Positions 1 to 9,347 of a stretch of DNA of 64,000 nt are shown here, piece after piece; positions within the stretch are counted from its first letter, which is position 1, and each line of letters opens with the position of its first letter. Under the pieces are notes generated by a model that was not told where the DNA came from, made no database searches, and saw only the letters and a list, made by a program, of their open reading frames with translations. Made by a program: the position numbers and the translations under genes. The DNA is from Gammaproteobacteria bacterium (lineage in GTDB: Bacteria > Pseudomonadota > Gammaproteobacteria > Eutrophobiales > Eutrophobiaceae): contig OZ244905.1 of the NCBI GenBank assembly GCA_965221695.1, forward strand, positions 768,001 to 832,000, given 5' to 3'.

Positions 1-81
1 CCCCGCAACCCGGCCCTGACGGACCTGGTCTGGAAAACGAATGCGGAGCAATACCAAGGCATCGTAGAACCAGTGGTGTGA
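1..81 (+). CDS. C-terminal fragment of a CDS entering the window
   Basis: Frame 1 is open from base 1 (PRNPALTDLVWKTNAEQYQGIVEPVV) to TGA at 79-81; too short to assign. Confidence 0.35.
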   Translation, partial: PRNPALTDLVWKTNAEQYQGIVEPVV

Positions 82-193
82 AGGCCACCTACTCTGCCTG
101 CGCGCGTACTTCGCGATTGATGCGTATCGCAGCCTACAGGCGGACGCGGAAAGACATCGCGCAAGCCCTTGATCCGTAGGACTGGCGTCTCAA

Positions 194-1789
194 CTACTCC
201 TCGAACGCCGGCTTTATTTCGGTTTTCGGGGTCCAGTCCGGACCATAAAGCCGTTTGTATCTTTCCGGCCGGTCCACCGACCCCTTGGCGCCGCCGCCCC
301 GCCACAGGTCGTATTTTGCATCGGCATACTCGGCAAAGAACGCGGTGAGCCTGGCGTCCAGTTCCGCAACGACTTCCCGATAAGACGGATCATCTATGAT
401 GTTCCGGTTCTGATCCGGGTCTGCCTGCATATCATACAATGCCGGCTCGCCTGTTGCGCGCAGGCGTTTCCAGTAAGCATACTTCTCAGTCCTGATTACC
501 CTGGTCTCTTCCTGTTCAAAGAAAACCGCATCAGGGCGGCGGCCGGTGGCGCCTGCCAGCGCATGTCTGAAACTCTTGCCGGGGCTGTTATCGAAACGTA
601 CAGCGCCCATGCCGAGATAATCCAGGATGGTCACGGGTATATCATATTGGCCTACCAGCAGGTCGCTGGTTTGCCCCGCGCTGATCTTGCCCATATGCCT
701 GATGATCAGCGGGACATTCATCGCCGTCTCATACATGCTGGACGGTGTCGTGACCACGGTATGCTGCCAGAGGCCATGCTGTCCGTAAAAGTTGCCCTGG
801 TAGGAAGAAAAAATGACCAGGGTATTGTTCTCCAGACCCTTTTCCTTCAACGCCGCCAATACCTTGCCCACACCGTCATCCACCAGCGTATTCTGGGAAG
901 CGACATTGGCCATGGTAGCCGGATCGTTATGCATGGCCAGTCCTTCTCGCAGTTTGCCCCGTAAAAACGGGTTGGTATCATCACTCAGCAACTGCTCCAC
1001 CAGGTTATCGTTATACGCCGTGCGCGGAAATGACTTGAATTCCTTGCCCGCGTAGTCCTGGTAAAACCGATTCCTCGCAGGCCCGTAATTCGTCGGCGGG
1101 TTGGTATAAGGCCCGTCGTAATTCAATTGCAGGTAGAACGGCTCCTCGCCGGTGTAAGCCCGCAGGTATTCAACTGCCTTGTCCGTGAAGAAATCGACGA
1201 TGTGCCGGTCGTTTATCCGGTATGTTTCGTCATTGTCGATGATGGTGTTGTCCCAGAAATCAATGGTATGCCCGTCTGGAAATGTGACCCAGTACTGGTA
1301 ACCGATGGAGGCTTTCCAGGGTTGGCCCAGGTGCCACTTGCCTATCATCGCGGTCCGGTAACCGCGGTTTCTTAACGTGAGCGGCAAGGTGCGGAACTCC
1401 GCCACCGCGGACCAGTTTTCCGGCCACTGATCCAGCAGTTCATCATCCAGCCAACTGTGTATCCCGTGTTGCGATGGCATCAGTCCGGTCATCAGGGTTG
1501 CCCGGGTGGGAGAGCACATGCCGTTCACCGCATAGGCGCGGGTAAAGCGGATGCCATCTGCGGCCAGCCGGTCTATATTGGGTGTGCTGATATCGGGATT
1601 GCCGTACGCGCCCAGTAATGAGGCAGCCTGGTTATCAGTCAGGATGAATACTATATTCGGTCTTTGTTCACCTGACTGCGCGACGCTCGCCCATAATGCC
1701 ATTACGACCAGTTGGGACAGAATTAACGAAGTTCTGATCAATCCGAAGCCTCCTGCGGCCGGTTTAGCTGCAAAATAGGTTTTAATCAT
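194..1789 (-). CDS. Formylglycine-type sulfatase with signal peptide
   Basis: RPNIVFILTD, CSPTRA (CxPxR), GYRTAMIGKWHLG; the usual SD(H/N/Q)G motif reads SYQG. Confidence 0.92.
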   Translation of the reverse strand: MIKTYFAAKPAAGGFGLIRTSLILSQLVVMALWASVAQSGEQRPNIVFILTDNQAASLLGAYGNPDISTPNIDRLAADGIRFTRAYAVNGMCSPTRATLMTGLMPSQHGIHSWLDDELLDQWPENWSAVAEFRTLPLTLRNRGYRTAMIGKWHLGQPWKASIGYQYWVTFPDGHTIDFWDNTIIDNDETYRINDRHIVDFFTDKAVEYLRAYTGEEPFYLQLNYDGPYTNPPTNYGPARNRFYQDYAGKEFKSFPRTAYNDNLVEQLLSDDTNPFLRGKLREGLAMHNDPATMANVASQNTLVDDGVGKVLAALKEKGLENNTLVIFSSYQGNFYGQHGLWQHTVVTTPSSMYETAMNVPLIIRHMGKISAGQTSDLLVGQYDIPVTILDYLGMGAVRFDNSPGKSFRHALAGATGRRPDAVFFEQEETRVIRTEKYAYWKRLRATGEPALYDMQADPDQNRNIIDDPSYREVVAELDARLTAFFAEYADAKYDLWRGGGAKGSVDRPERYKRLYGPDWTPKTEIKPAFEE

Positions 1790-1840
1790 AGCATGTTGCC
1801 TGTTTCAGGACAGTAGCAAATCCGTTACACTGCGCTTGAA

Positions 1841-2332
1841 ATGGACATAACACGCAGAGATTTTATCCGGCTTACTCTCAGCCTCGCGCTGCTCCCCCCG
1901 GGCACGCGCGCCGTCTCCCGGGATACGACAGATCTGTGGTTAAACGATGATGGTAAGTTCCTGTCGGATATTGTCTACCAATTGTTCCCCCATGCGCAGT
2001 TAAGCAAGGATGTGTATGAACAGGTCGCGCAACAACTGGACGACAAGATCATGCAATCCGCGGAACTGACGGCAATGCTGGACGACGCCATCGGGGTTAT
2101 GGCCGCACAATCCCAGGAACAATGGCTTGCCTTGCCGGCGCATCAGAAAGTGGCGGCGCTTGAGAAAATACAGCGCACGCCATTCTTTCAATTCGTCCGC
2201 AACGAATCCCTGAACGGGGTCTACCGCAGTCCGCTGACCTGGGAATTACTCGGCTACGAGGGGTCTTCCCTCGAGTTCGGCGGCTATATCAACCGGGGCC
2301 TCAACGACATTGACTGGTTGCCTGAACCCTGA
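1841..2332 (+). CDS. Tat-signal small subunit (gluconate 2-dehydrogenase subunit 3-like) of the downstream GMC enzyme
   Basis: TRRDFI twin-arginine motif; C-terminal W..LGYEGSS..FGGYINRG..DIDWL; lies upstream of a GMC oxidoreductase. Confidence 0.75.
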   Translation: MDITRRDFIRLTLSLALLPPGTRAVSRDTTDLWLNDDGKFLSDIVYQLFPHAQLSKDVYEQVAQQLDDKIMQSAELTAMLDDAIGVMAAQSQEQWLALPAHQKVAALEKIQRTPFFQFVRNESLNGVYRSPLTWELLGYEGSSLEFGGYINRGLNDIDWLPEP

Positions 2333-2389
2333 TGATCAGGGCACTGCGCAACGGTATGTGCCAGATGGAACAGGCCAGGGTATTCTCCA

Positions 2390-2486
2390 GTACCACTCCC
2401 GCGAAAGCGGGAGTCCAGTCAAATACTGTATCGCCCGAAGGGCGACCTCTTGACCCACTGGATTCCCGTTTGCACGGGAATGGTAC
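2390..2486. repeat. Palindromic repeat family A (dRS3/REP-like A[TC]TCCC-N8-GGGA[AG]T), two inverted units around a small hairpin
   Basis: taccactcccgcgaaagcgggagtccag ... ctggattcccgtttgcacgggaatggtac; related units at 6986, 25759, 31024, 56748. Confidence 0.85.
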
Positions 2487-2516
2487 CGGGCATAGGTTAC
2501 ACAGCATATAGCTTGT

Positions 2517-4070
2517 ATGACAACATTCTCACTCAATGATCCTTCGGTGGTCGTGGTCATCGGTTCCGGCGCCGGCGGTGGAACAGTGTCGGAAATATTG
2601 GCGCGTAACGGCATTGATGTGGTCTGTCTTGAAGCCGGCAAGCGGCTCGACCTCACGGAGATCGTTACCAATGAAGCCGAGATGTTCGGCAAAATCACCT
2701 GGCTGGATGAACGCCAGGGCAGCGGGGTCGCGCTGCCGCCATTCCCGGTATGGAACTGCAAGACGGTGGGCGGCACGACCGTGCACTGGACTGCGACCGG
2801 CATCCGGCTGCAGGAACATGAGTTCAACGCGCTCAGCCGCTACGGTGCGGTCTCCGATACGTCCCTGGTGGACTGGCCGCTCAGCCTGGCGGAACTGGAA
2901 CCGTATTACACCGCCGCTGAAGACCGCCTGGGCGTGACCGGCACGCACGGGATTGAACGACTGCCGGAAAGCAACAATTACAGGGTATTCAAAGCCGGCG
3001 CAAAAAAATGCGGCTACCAGGAGATCAACACCGGCAACCTGGCGATTAATTCCCGCCCGCGCGACGGCAGGGGCAGTTGCCTGCAACTGGGGTTCTGCGC
3101 CAGCGGCTGCGCAACCGGCGCCAAGTGGTCAACCCTGTATACAGATATTCCTGCGGCGGAACAGAGCGGTCATTTTGAATTACGAACGGAATCCATGGCG
3201 ATAACGGTAAACCACGACCGGAACAAGGCGACCGGGGTCGACTACCTGGACAAACACGGGCAAAAACACACCCAGTCGGCAAGGGCAGTCTGCATTGCCG
3301 GCAACACCGTGGAAACCACCAGGTTGTTGCTCAACTCCCGCTCTGATCTGTTCCCGCAGGGGCTGGCCAACGGCAGCGGTCAGGTCGGCAAAAACTACAT
3401 GCGCCACGTGATGGCCAGTATCGTCGGCATCATGCCCGGGAAGGTAAACCAGCATCGCGGCGCGCACCAGGCCGGTATTGTTTACGACGAGCGTTACCAC
3501 GACAACAAACGCGGCTTTTTCGGCGGCCTGTTATTCGAAACCGTGAGTTTCACGCCGGAATCCATGGCCAGGTTCCTGCGGCCCGGAGGCTGGGGTAGCG
3601 CTTATACGGAACTGCTGGAACAATACAACCGCATGGCCGCGCTGCTGATCGTGGGTGAGGACCCTCCGATTGAAACCAATACCATCACGTTGCATCCCAC
3701 GCGCAAAGACCATTATGGCCTGCCGGTGCCTGTCGTCCATTATGCGCATCACGCCAACTCCAACAGGATGCTGCGCTACGGCTTGGAACGGGGACGCAAG
3801 ATCTATGAAGTCCTGGGCGCGGAGCAAACACTCGAATTGGTGAATGTGTTCCCGGCCACCCACAACATGGGCACGGCGCGCATGGGTAATGACCCGGCCA
3901 CCAGCGTCTGTAACCGGTGGGGACAGACCCATGAGCTGGACAACCTGTTCATCAGCGATGGGAGCCTCTTCCCCACCTCAGGCTGCGCCAACCCAACGCT
4001 GACGATTATCGCGCTGGCGCTGCGCCAGGCCGAGTATCTGACCGCACAGCTCCGGTCAAATTCGATATAA
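2517..4070 (+). CDS. GMC family FAD oxidoreductase
   Basis: VIGSGAGGG FAD-binding loop, VGGTTVHW, HNMGTARMG, ANPTLTIIALA. Confidence 0.93.
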   Translation: MTTFSLNDPSVVVVIGSGAGGGTVSEILARNGIDVVCLEAGKRLDLTEIVTNEAEMFGKITWLDERQGSGVALPPFPVWNCKTVGGTTVHWTATGIRLQEHEFNALSRYGAVSDTSLVDWPLSLAELEPYYTAAEDRLGVTGTHGIERLPESNNYRVFKAGAKKCGYQEINTGNLAINSRPRDGRGSCLQLGFCASGCATGAKWSTLYTDIPAAEQSGHFELRTESMAITVNHDRNKATGVDYLDKHGQKHTQSARAVCIAGNTVETTRLLLNSRSDLFPQGLANGSGQVGKNYMRHVMASIVGIMPGKVNQHRGAHQAGIVYDERYHDNKRGFFGGLLFETVSFTPESMARFLRPGGWGSAYTELLEQYNRMAALLIVGEDPPIETNTITLHPTRKDHYGLPVPVVHYAHHANSNRMLRYGLERGRKIYEVLGAEQTLELVNVFPATHNMGTARMGNDPATSVCNRWGQTHELDNLFISDGSLFPTSGCANPTLTIIALALRQAEYLTAQLRSNSI

Positions 4071-4101
4071 AGCTGCTTGGATACTGATGAAGAAGTATGT
4101 A

Positions 4102-4130
4102 TTGACCATTTGGAATATACTGCCTATACT
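4102..4130 (+). promoter_or_regulatory. Sigma70-like promoter for the small membrane protein
   Basis: TTGACC-17 bp-TATACT, followed by GGAGG RBS and ATG at 4175. Confidence 0.65.
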
Positions 4131-4174
4131 CTGGACTACATTAAGTGCTATCCAATAACAACATGGAGGTAATC

Positions 4175-4339
4175 ATGAATTACGAATTAGTCACCATTAT
4201 GGTAACTATCATTGCGACTGGCTGCGCTGTTATCGGCTTAATCCGTCCCAGCATAACAAATTTACAAGAACGCATGTCCGGCCTGGAGCAACGCATGGCG
4301 CGCCTGGAAGGTTTGTTTGAGGGTTTTACCGGAAAGTAG
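4175..4339 (+). CDS. 54-aa small protein with an N-terminal TM helix and a C-terminal coiled coil
   Basis: Promoter and RBS present; MNYELVTIMVTIIATGCAVIGLI...LQERMSGLEQRMARLEG heptads. Confidence 0.7.
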   Translation: MNYELVTIMVTIIATGCAVIGLIRPSITNLQERMSGLEQRMARLEGLFEGFTGK

Positions 4340-4365
4340 CACATCGCCACAATCGGAGAGGCTTC

Positions 4366-4812
4366 TTATTCCTCCGCTTGCTGACCCCGGCGCCGTTTTT
4401 CAATATCCTCCAGCAACCGGTCACGCTCGCTGCCGACGGTGTTTCCGCCGCGGTACTCCGTGCCGTCCTCTGTTACAATCAGTTTCCAGTCCATCTTGTA
4501 GCCGCCGTCCCGAGCCGGGTTCCCGGTTATCTCGATGATATCGCCGGGTTGCAGTGTATCCCTACTCCAACCTCGCCGGCGCAGAATTGCCGAGGCATTC
4601 CCCTCTGCAAACCAGTTCTGGACTTCCCCATCAGCGGTGGTGACATCGAAATAGATGCGGGCATGGGGATTGATCAAGCGGAACTTCGTCACCACGCCGG
4701 TTACGGTTATCAGCCGGTCCACCAGGTAGTGTGATTCGGGACTGTGGTGCGAGTACGCAGTTGCGCAGCAGAACATCCCGGCTAGCAACGCCGCAGTCAG
4801 TCGACTATACAT
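4366..4812 (-). CDS. DUF6152-like secreted protein
   Basis: Signal peptide then HHS; VTGVVTKF..INPH, W..EG, RRGW..DTLQPGD..GNPARDG; AGAGGA RBS before ATG 4812. Confidence 0.75.
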   Translation of the reverse strand: MYSRLTAALLAGMFCCATAYSHHSPESHYLVDRLITVTGVVTKFRLINPHARIYFDVTTADGEVQNWFAEGNASAILRRRGWSRDTLQPGDIIEITGNPARDGGYKMDWKLIVTEDGTEYRGGNTVGSERDRLLEDIEKRRRGQQAEE

Positions 4813-4838
4813 GGTTCGGTTCCTCTGGTTAATAGCCA

Positions 4839-5651
4839 TCAGTATTCGCCCGTGATTGCCTCGCAGACGAATTCCTCCAGTTCCCAGTCGGGCGCAGGCA
4901 AAAAGCTCCTCTGGTTTTCATACGGTCTGCGGAAATTCACCGGATCGATGATCGCCAGTTCCAGGTCGAGCCTGCCGTTATCGGGATGATACGTATAGCG
5001 TTCAACAAAACGCGTGTCCCGGTCCGGTTTCAGCGCGCCGCCGCCCGGGACGCCGATTACGTTGGGAATAACATGGGTCGTCTCCACAACCAGGGTGTTG
5101 CCTTCATAATAGCCGGTCGAATGGCCGAGCCGGGTAGCAGGGGCGTCAGGTGGTAGCGCGGGTCCATCAAGGTAAACCGTCCTGACGGCATTCCAGTATT
5201 CGTAACGGAAGACGACCTTGTCAGCATATTGCTCGATCTGCATCGGCACCGGCGCCAGGATCTGGTGGCGCAGGCTATCGCCTTTCGGGGTGCAATCCAG
5301 CGCCGCGCCCTGCGCCGGGTCGTATTGCGCCTGTTTTACCAGGCCATCGGGGGTCAGCAGGTTGCTGTTCTGCGCCTGCTCATACTCCCGCATCTGGTAG
5401 AACAGTTCCTTAACTGTCTGATCGTCATTCTCAGGGTCACGCAACAGGGATTGCAGGTATTTGAAGCCCACCAGGGAGCAGCCCGAGCGGGCGCAGGCAA
5501 GGTCTTCGATACGCCAGCGTTCATCATCAGGCGTCAGCAGCGCATTGCTCCAGACACCGGAAATAGCCGGGCGCTCGCCGGCGCCGGCATACACCGCGCC
5601 GCAACCGGCAATGAGCAGCGCTATACCGACAAAACGATAAAGAGTGTTCAT
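4839..5651 (-). CDS. Secreted hypothetical protein, likely partner of DUF6152
   Basis: Signal peptide from MNTLYRF; ISGVW, C.P.G, RTVYLDG, LGHSTGYYEGNTLVVET, IIDPVNF, EFVCE. Confidence 0.7.
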   Translation of the reverse strand: MNTLYRFVGIALLIAGCGAVYAGAGERPAISGVWSNALLTPDDERWRIEDLACARSGCSLVGFKYLQSLLRDPENDDQTVKELFYQMREYEQAQNSNLLTPDGLVKQAQYDPAQGAALDCTPKGDSLRHQILAPVPMQIEQYADKVVFRYEYWNAVRTVYLDGPALPPDAPATRLGHSTGYYEGNTLVVETTHVIPNVIGVPGGGALKPDRDTRFVERYTYHPDNGRLDLELAIIDPVNFRRPYENQRSFLPAPDWELEEFVCEAITGEY

Positions 5652-5813
5652 GCCACCGCAGTATAAATGAAAACAGGGTGTAAATCTGCCGGACTCCCAA
5701 AGGAGGATGTTGTCTGACGCGGGCGTGACGTCTGCAATACCTGGCTGGCGCCCAGGTTTTCCAACGCAATGCTGACTAAAACCAAAGGCCGAGAGGGTAT
5801 AATTCAACCAGCC

Positions 5814-7016
5814 ATGAACAGACACCTCCTTCTTGCGCTGATCGTCTCAGCCAGCGTTATTACCATGATGTCGACAGACTTGTATGCGCCGAGCCTCGCA
5901 AGTTTGCCGGTATTGCTGAACACCAGCCCGGAACTGGTCAAGCTGACGGTCAGTCTTAATCTTCTGGCTTATGGCCTCGCCACCCTTATCCACGGTCCAC
6001 TGTCAGAACGCTTCGGCAGAAAGCCGGTGCTGCTATGGGGTCTGGTCGGATTTACCCTGGCCAGTTTCCTCTGCGCAACGGCCGCCGACATCGACCAATT
6101 GCTGGCTGCGCGCGTGCTTCAGGGCATTGCCGCCGCAGTAGAAGGTGTTGTTGTGCTGGCCATCATCCGCGATGTATTTACCGAAAAGGAACAGGTCAGG
6201 GCAATTGCCGTGTACGGCATTGCCACCTCTTTTGCGCCCGCGTTTGCCCCCATGATAGGTGGTTATATCCACGTATTATTCGGCTGGAGGATGAATTTCT
6301 ACCTGCTCACAGGCCTGGCGCTGATCGTGACTGCGCTGATCACGTTGTTCCTGAAAGAATCCGCCGAAAAAGACCCCGACGCGCTGAACCTGAAAGAAAT
6401 CTACGCGGATTATATTGGCCTGCTCTGCAACAGGTCATTCCTGACTTATGTCGTCATCGGCGGTTGCAGCCTGGGCTGTATCTTCGTGTTTATTACCGCA
6501 GGCCCTTTTATCCTGATTAACAACCATGGCGTGGCAACCGAGCATTTCGGTTATTACCAGGCAGTCCTTGTGATTGCCTATATTATCGGCAGCCTATTGG
6601 CAGCCCGCATGACCCGGCGCCACAGCGCCAGGGAAATACTGCGCGTCGGGGTTTGCTTCGCAGTGTGCGGCGCCCTGTTATTGCTGGGAATCCTGGCATC
6701 TGGTTGGGAGACACCGGAAACCCTGACCCTGGCTGTTGCGGTACTGCTGTTCGCGGAAGGACCGATATTTGCCGTGGTGCCCACCCTGGCAATGGATACA
6801 TCCGACCGCAGAACCGGCGCCGCAGCCGCTTTCATCGTGGCGGCAGAAATGGCTATCGGCTCAGTTGCGGCGCTGGCGGTAAGCTGGGCCCATGACGGCA
6901 CGGCATTACCGATGCTAATCACGATGCCGGCGCTGGTCGTGGTTATCGTTCTGGCATACCTGTACAGTGGGAAACTGCCTACTTATACCATTCCCGTGAA
7001 AACGGGAATCCAGTGA
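5814..7016 (+). CDS. Bcr/CflA-type MFS efflux transporter
   Basis: Multiple TM segments; DLYAPSL, GPLSERFGRKPVL, ARVLQG; the last residues are encoded by a family A repeat. Confidence 0.9.
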   Translation: MNRHLLLALIVSASVITMMSTDLYAPSLASLPVLLNTSPELVKLTVSLNLLAYGLATLIHGPLSERFGRKPVLLWGLVGFTLASFLCATAADIDQLLAARVLQGIAAAVEGVVVLAIIRDVFTEKEQVRAIAVYGIATSFAPAFAPMIGGYIHVLFGWRMNFYLLTGLALIVTALITLFLKESAEKDPDALNLKEIYADYIGLLCNRSFLTYVVIGGCSLGCIFVFITAGPFILINNHGVATEHFGYYQAVLVIAYIIGSLLAARMTRRHSAREILRVGVCFAVCGALLLLGILASGWETPETLTLAVAVLLFAEGPIFAVVPTLAMDTSDRRTGAAAAFIVAAEMAIGSVAALAVSWAHDGTALPMLITMPALVVVIVLAYLYSGKLPTYTIPVKTGIQ

Positions 7017-7163
7017 AACTAAGAGTCGCCCTGCGGGCGACACAGTATTTGACTGGACTCCCGCTTCCGCGGGAGTGGTTCTGTGGTAGCATTCACAGGA
7101 GTGCCCCGTCCCATTCCCTTGCAAGTGCCCCCCGTCCCATTCCCGCGCAAGCGGGAATCCAGT
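6986..7163. repeat. Family A repeat cluster overlapping the MFS stop codon
   Basis: taccattcccgtgaaaacgggaatccag, ctggactcccgcttccgcgggagtggt, ccattcccgcgcaagcgggaatccag. Confidence 0.85.
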
Positions 7164-7229
7164 AAGCAATTCTTCCTTACAAGAAGTCTCGTTGTCTGAA
7201 ATATTGACGGACAATCCCAGGTTGAGCAA

Positions 7230-8945
7230 CTACTCCTGTGCGTCCCGCTGGTAAACAACTTCTCCATTGATGATGGTGTACATCACCCTGACCCGATGCA
7301 GTTCATTGACCGGGATAGTGTACGGATCACGGTCCACGACCACCAGGTCCGCCAGTTTGCCCGGTTCTATGCTGCCCAGCCGGTCCTCTGTACCCATGTG
7401 CCGGGCTGAATTGACCGTGAACAGTTCAATGGCCTGGTCCAGGGTGATGGCCTGTTCCTTGCCGAAGCTGTCCTCGCTTCCACCGGGTCTTTCCCTGGTC
7501 ACCAGCGTCTCGATAGCAATCCACGGGTTGACCGAGGGCACCACGGACCAATCCGAACCCGGAACTGCCAGGGCGCCGGATGCGATGACCTCGCGTACCG
7601 GCCACACGCGTTTGATGCGCTGCGTTCCGACCGCCGCAATAATGCTGTCATTAATCGGACTGGGACTCCACAGGTAAGGCGACATCTCAAAACTTGCGCC
7701 GATTTCCCGCGCCAGGGGCATGTCCTCGGCAGCGACGAAAGTGGAATGCCCGATGTTATGCCGCAGGTCGCTGTCGCCATTGGCCTGGCGCGCGCTGGCT
7801 ATTGCCTGCAACCCGGCGCGCGCAGACGCATCGCCGGCGGCATGGAACTTCACCGTCAGGCCCATGGCATCGTAGCGGGTGACTACGTCATTCAATACGC
7901 GCTGCTCTTCCAGCAACATGCCGTAGCGGCTGGCTTCATCGTCGCGCCCCTCGACCGTGCCTGCATAAGGCTCCAGCATCGCTGCCGTGTGGCTGTCGGT
8001 CGGAACGCCGTCGAGAAATATCTTGACGCAATCGGGTGATACACGTTCTCTTGCATACGTTGCGCGGGTCTCGATAAACGCCCCTGTGTCTGCATTGGCG
8101 CTGAACCATGGCATACACAACCTCACGCGTTGTTTCAGGATGCCTGAGTCAGCCAGCGCGGCATAGGCGCCGGCTTCTTTTTCGGGATTAGAGGAATACC
8201 CGGTCGCCGCCTCCGAAAAAGACGTGATACCGTGGACCAGCATTTCATCCAGCGCCCATTCCAGCGCGGCGCTGATCTGTTCACCCGTTGCTTCGGGAAT
8301 ATGCATCCGCACCAGCATCACCGCCTCTTCCCTGAGTATGCCGGTCGGCGCACCGGAACTGTCGCGTTCGATGATTCCATCTTCAGGATTGGGCGTGCCG
8401 GCGCTCAAGCCGGCAATCTCTAGCGCCCGGGTATTGGCCCAGGCGCTGTGTTCGCTGGTATCACTGAGCAAAACCGGATTGTCCGGTGTGACTCCATCAA
8501 GCATGGCTGCGTTCGGCGCCTGGCCGATTGCGGACACATCCCATTGGCCGCCGGTAATCCACTCGCCCGGTTCGGCCTGTTCGGCGCAGTCCTTGACGCG
8601 CTGTTGGACCTGCGCCAGCGTAAAGCCCTGGGGAATGACACAGCGTTGTGCCTGCATGCCGGCATAGATGGGATGTACGTGCAGATCGTGAAACCCCGGG
8701 AATACCACCTGACCATCCAGGTCAATCACCTTGGCGCCGGTACCGACCAGGGCGCTGATCGTCTCCGTTGCGCCGACCGACTCGATCCTCCCTTGCCGGA
8801 CAATCACCGCTTCGGCCACGGGTTGCTCCGGGTTCAGGGTATAAATTTTCCCGTTTATCAGCGCCACCTCCTCGGGAGCCCGGGTGCAGGCAGCGAGCAG
8901 GAGCAGCGCGATAAATACAGACAGGCTGAGAGGTTTTGTCGGCAT
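7230..8945 (-). CDS. YtcJ-like amidohydrolase lipoprotein
   Basis: LAAC lipobox; PGFHDLHVH, KIFLDG, FHAAGD, GSDW, GSIEPGKLADLVV. Confidence 0.9.
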   Translation of the reverse strand: MPTKPLSLSVFIALLLLAACTRAPEEVALINGKIYTLNPEQPVAEAVIVRQGRIESVGATETISALVGTGAKVIDLDGQVVFPGFHDLHVHPIYAGMQAQRCVIPQGFTLAQVQQRVKDCAEQAEPGEWITGGQWDVSAIGQAPNAAMLDGVTPDNPVLLSDTSEHSAWANTRALEIAGLSAGTPNPEDGIIERDSSGAPTGILREEAVMLVRMHIPEATGEQISAALEWALDEMLVHGITSFSEAATGYSSNPEKEAGAYAALADSGILKQRVRLCMPWFSANADTGAFIETRATYARERVSPDCVKIFLDGVPTDSHTAAMLEPYAGTVEGRDDEASRYGMLLEEQRVLNDVVTRYDAMGLTVKFHAAGDASARAGLQAIASARQANGDSDLRHNIGHSTFVAAEDMPLAREIGASFEMSPYLWSPSPINDSIIAAVGTQRIKRVWPVREVIASGALAVPGSDWSVVPSVNPWIAIETLVTRERPGGSEDSFGKEQAITLDQAIELFTVNSARHMGTEDRLGSIEPGKLADLVVVDRDPYTIPVNELHRVRVMYTIINGEVVYQRDAQE

Positions 8946-8988
8946 TGTTCAGTCTCTCCGGGCAAACAACGGCTATGACTCGATTTAA

Positions 8989-9141
8989 GGAAACTCTGGA
9001 CAAGTCCATCCTGGACTTGTCAGAGTACGGAAAACAAAAATGCGATTTTTGTTTTCCTCACAATATCAATGCCTTACAGTCATTGATATTGACGATACAT
9101 CCTTGTATCGTAGGAACCTCTGAGACTTAATCAGAGGTTCT
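8989..9141. mobile_element. ~150-bp five-hairpin MITE, copy 1 (opposite orientation to copies 2 and 3)
   Basis: Near-identical to 61216-61366 and 63821-63970; begins GGAAACTCTG; flanked by TTAA and ATAA. Confidence 0.85.
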
Positions 9142-9347
9142 ATAAATTGCCCTCCTGACATCCTGACATTGCAAGATTTTAATATCAATGATAGCCTGTC
9201 GTTGGAAAATAAGATAGTTAAAGAACCTCTGTTGAGGAACCTCCAAGATTTAGTCTCAGGGGTTCCAACAGTACAGGGATGTGCCGTTTGACAATGGATG
9301 GACTTGTTCAGCGGTTCCTTGAAAAATCATCTTGAGGGGGAATTAAT

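Noticed and set aside
8936-9130. 64-aa ORF nearly identical to 61207-61410
   Set aside because: Both are chance frames through the MITE, not a transposase or a real gene pair
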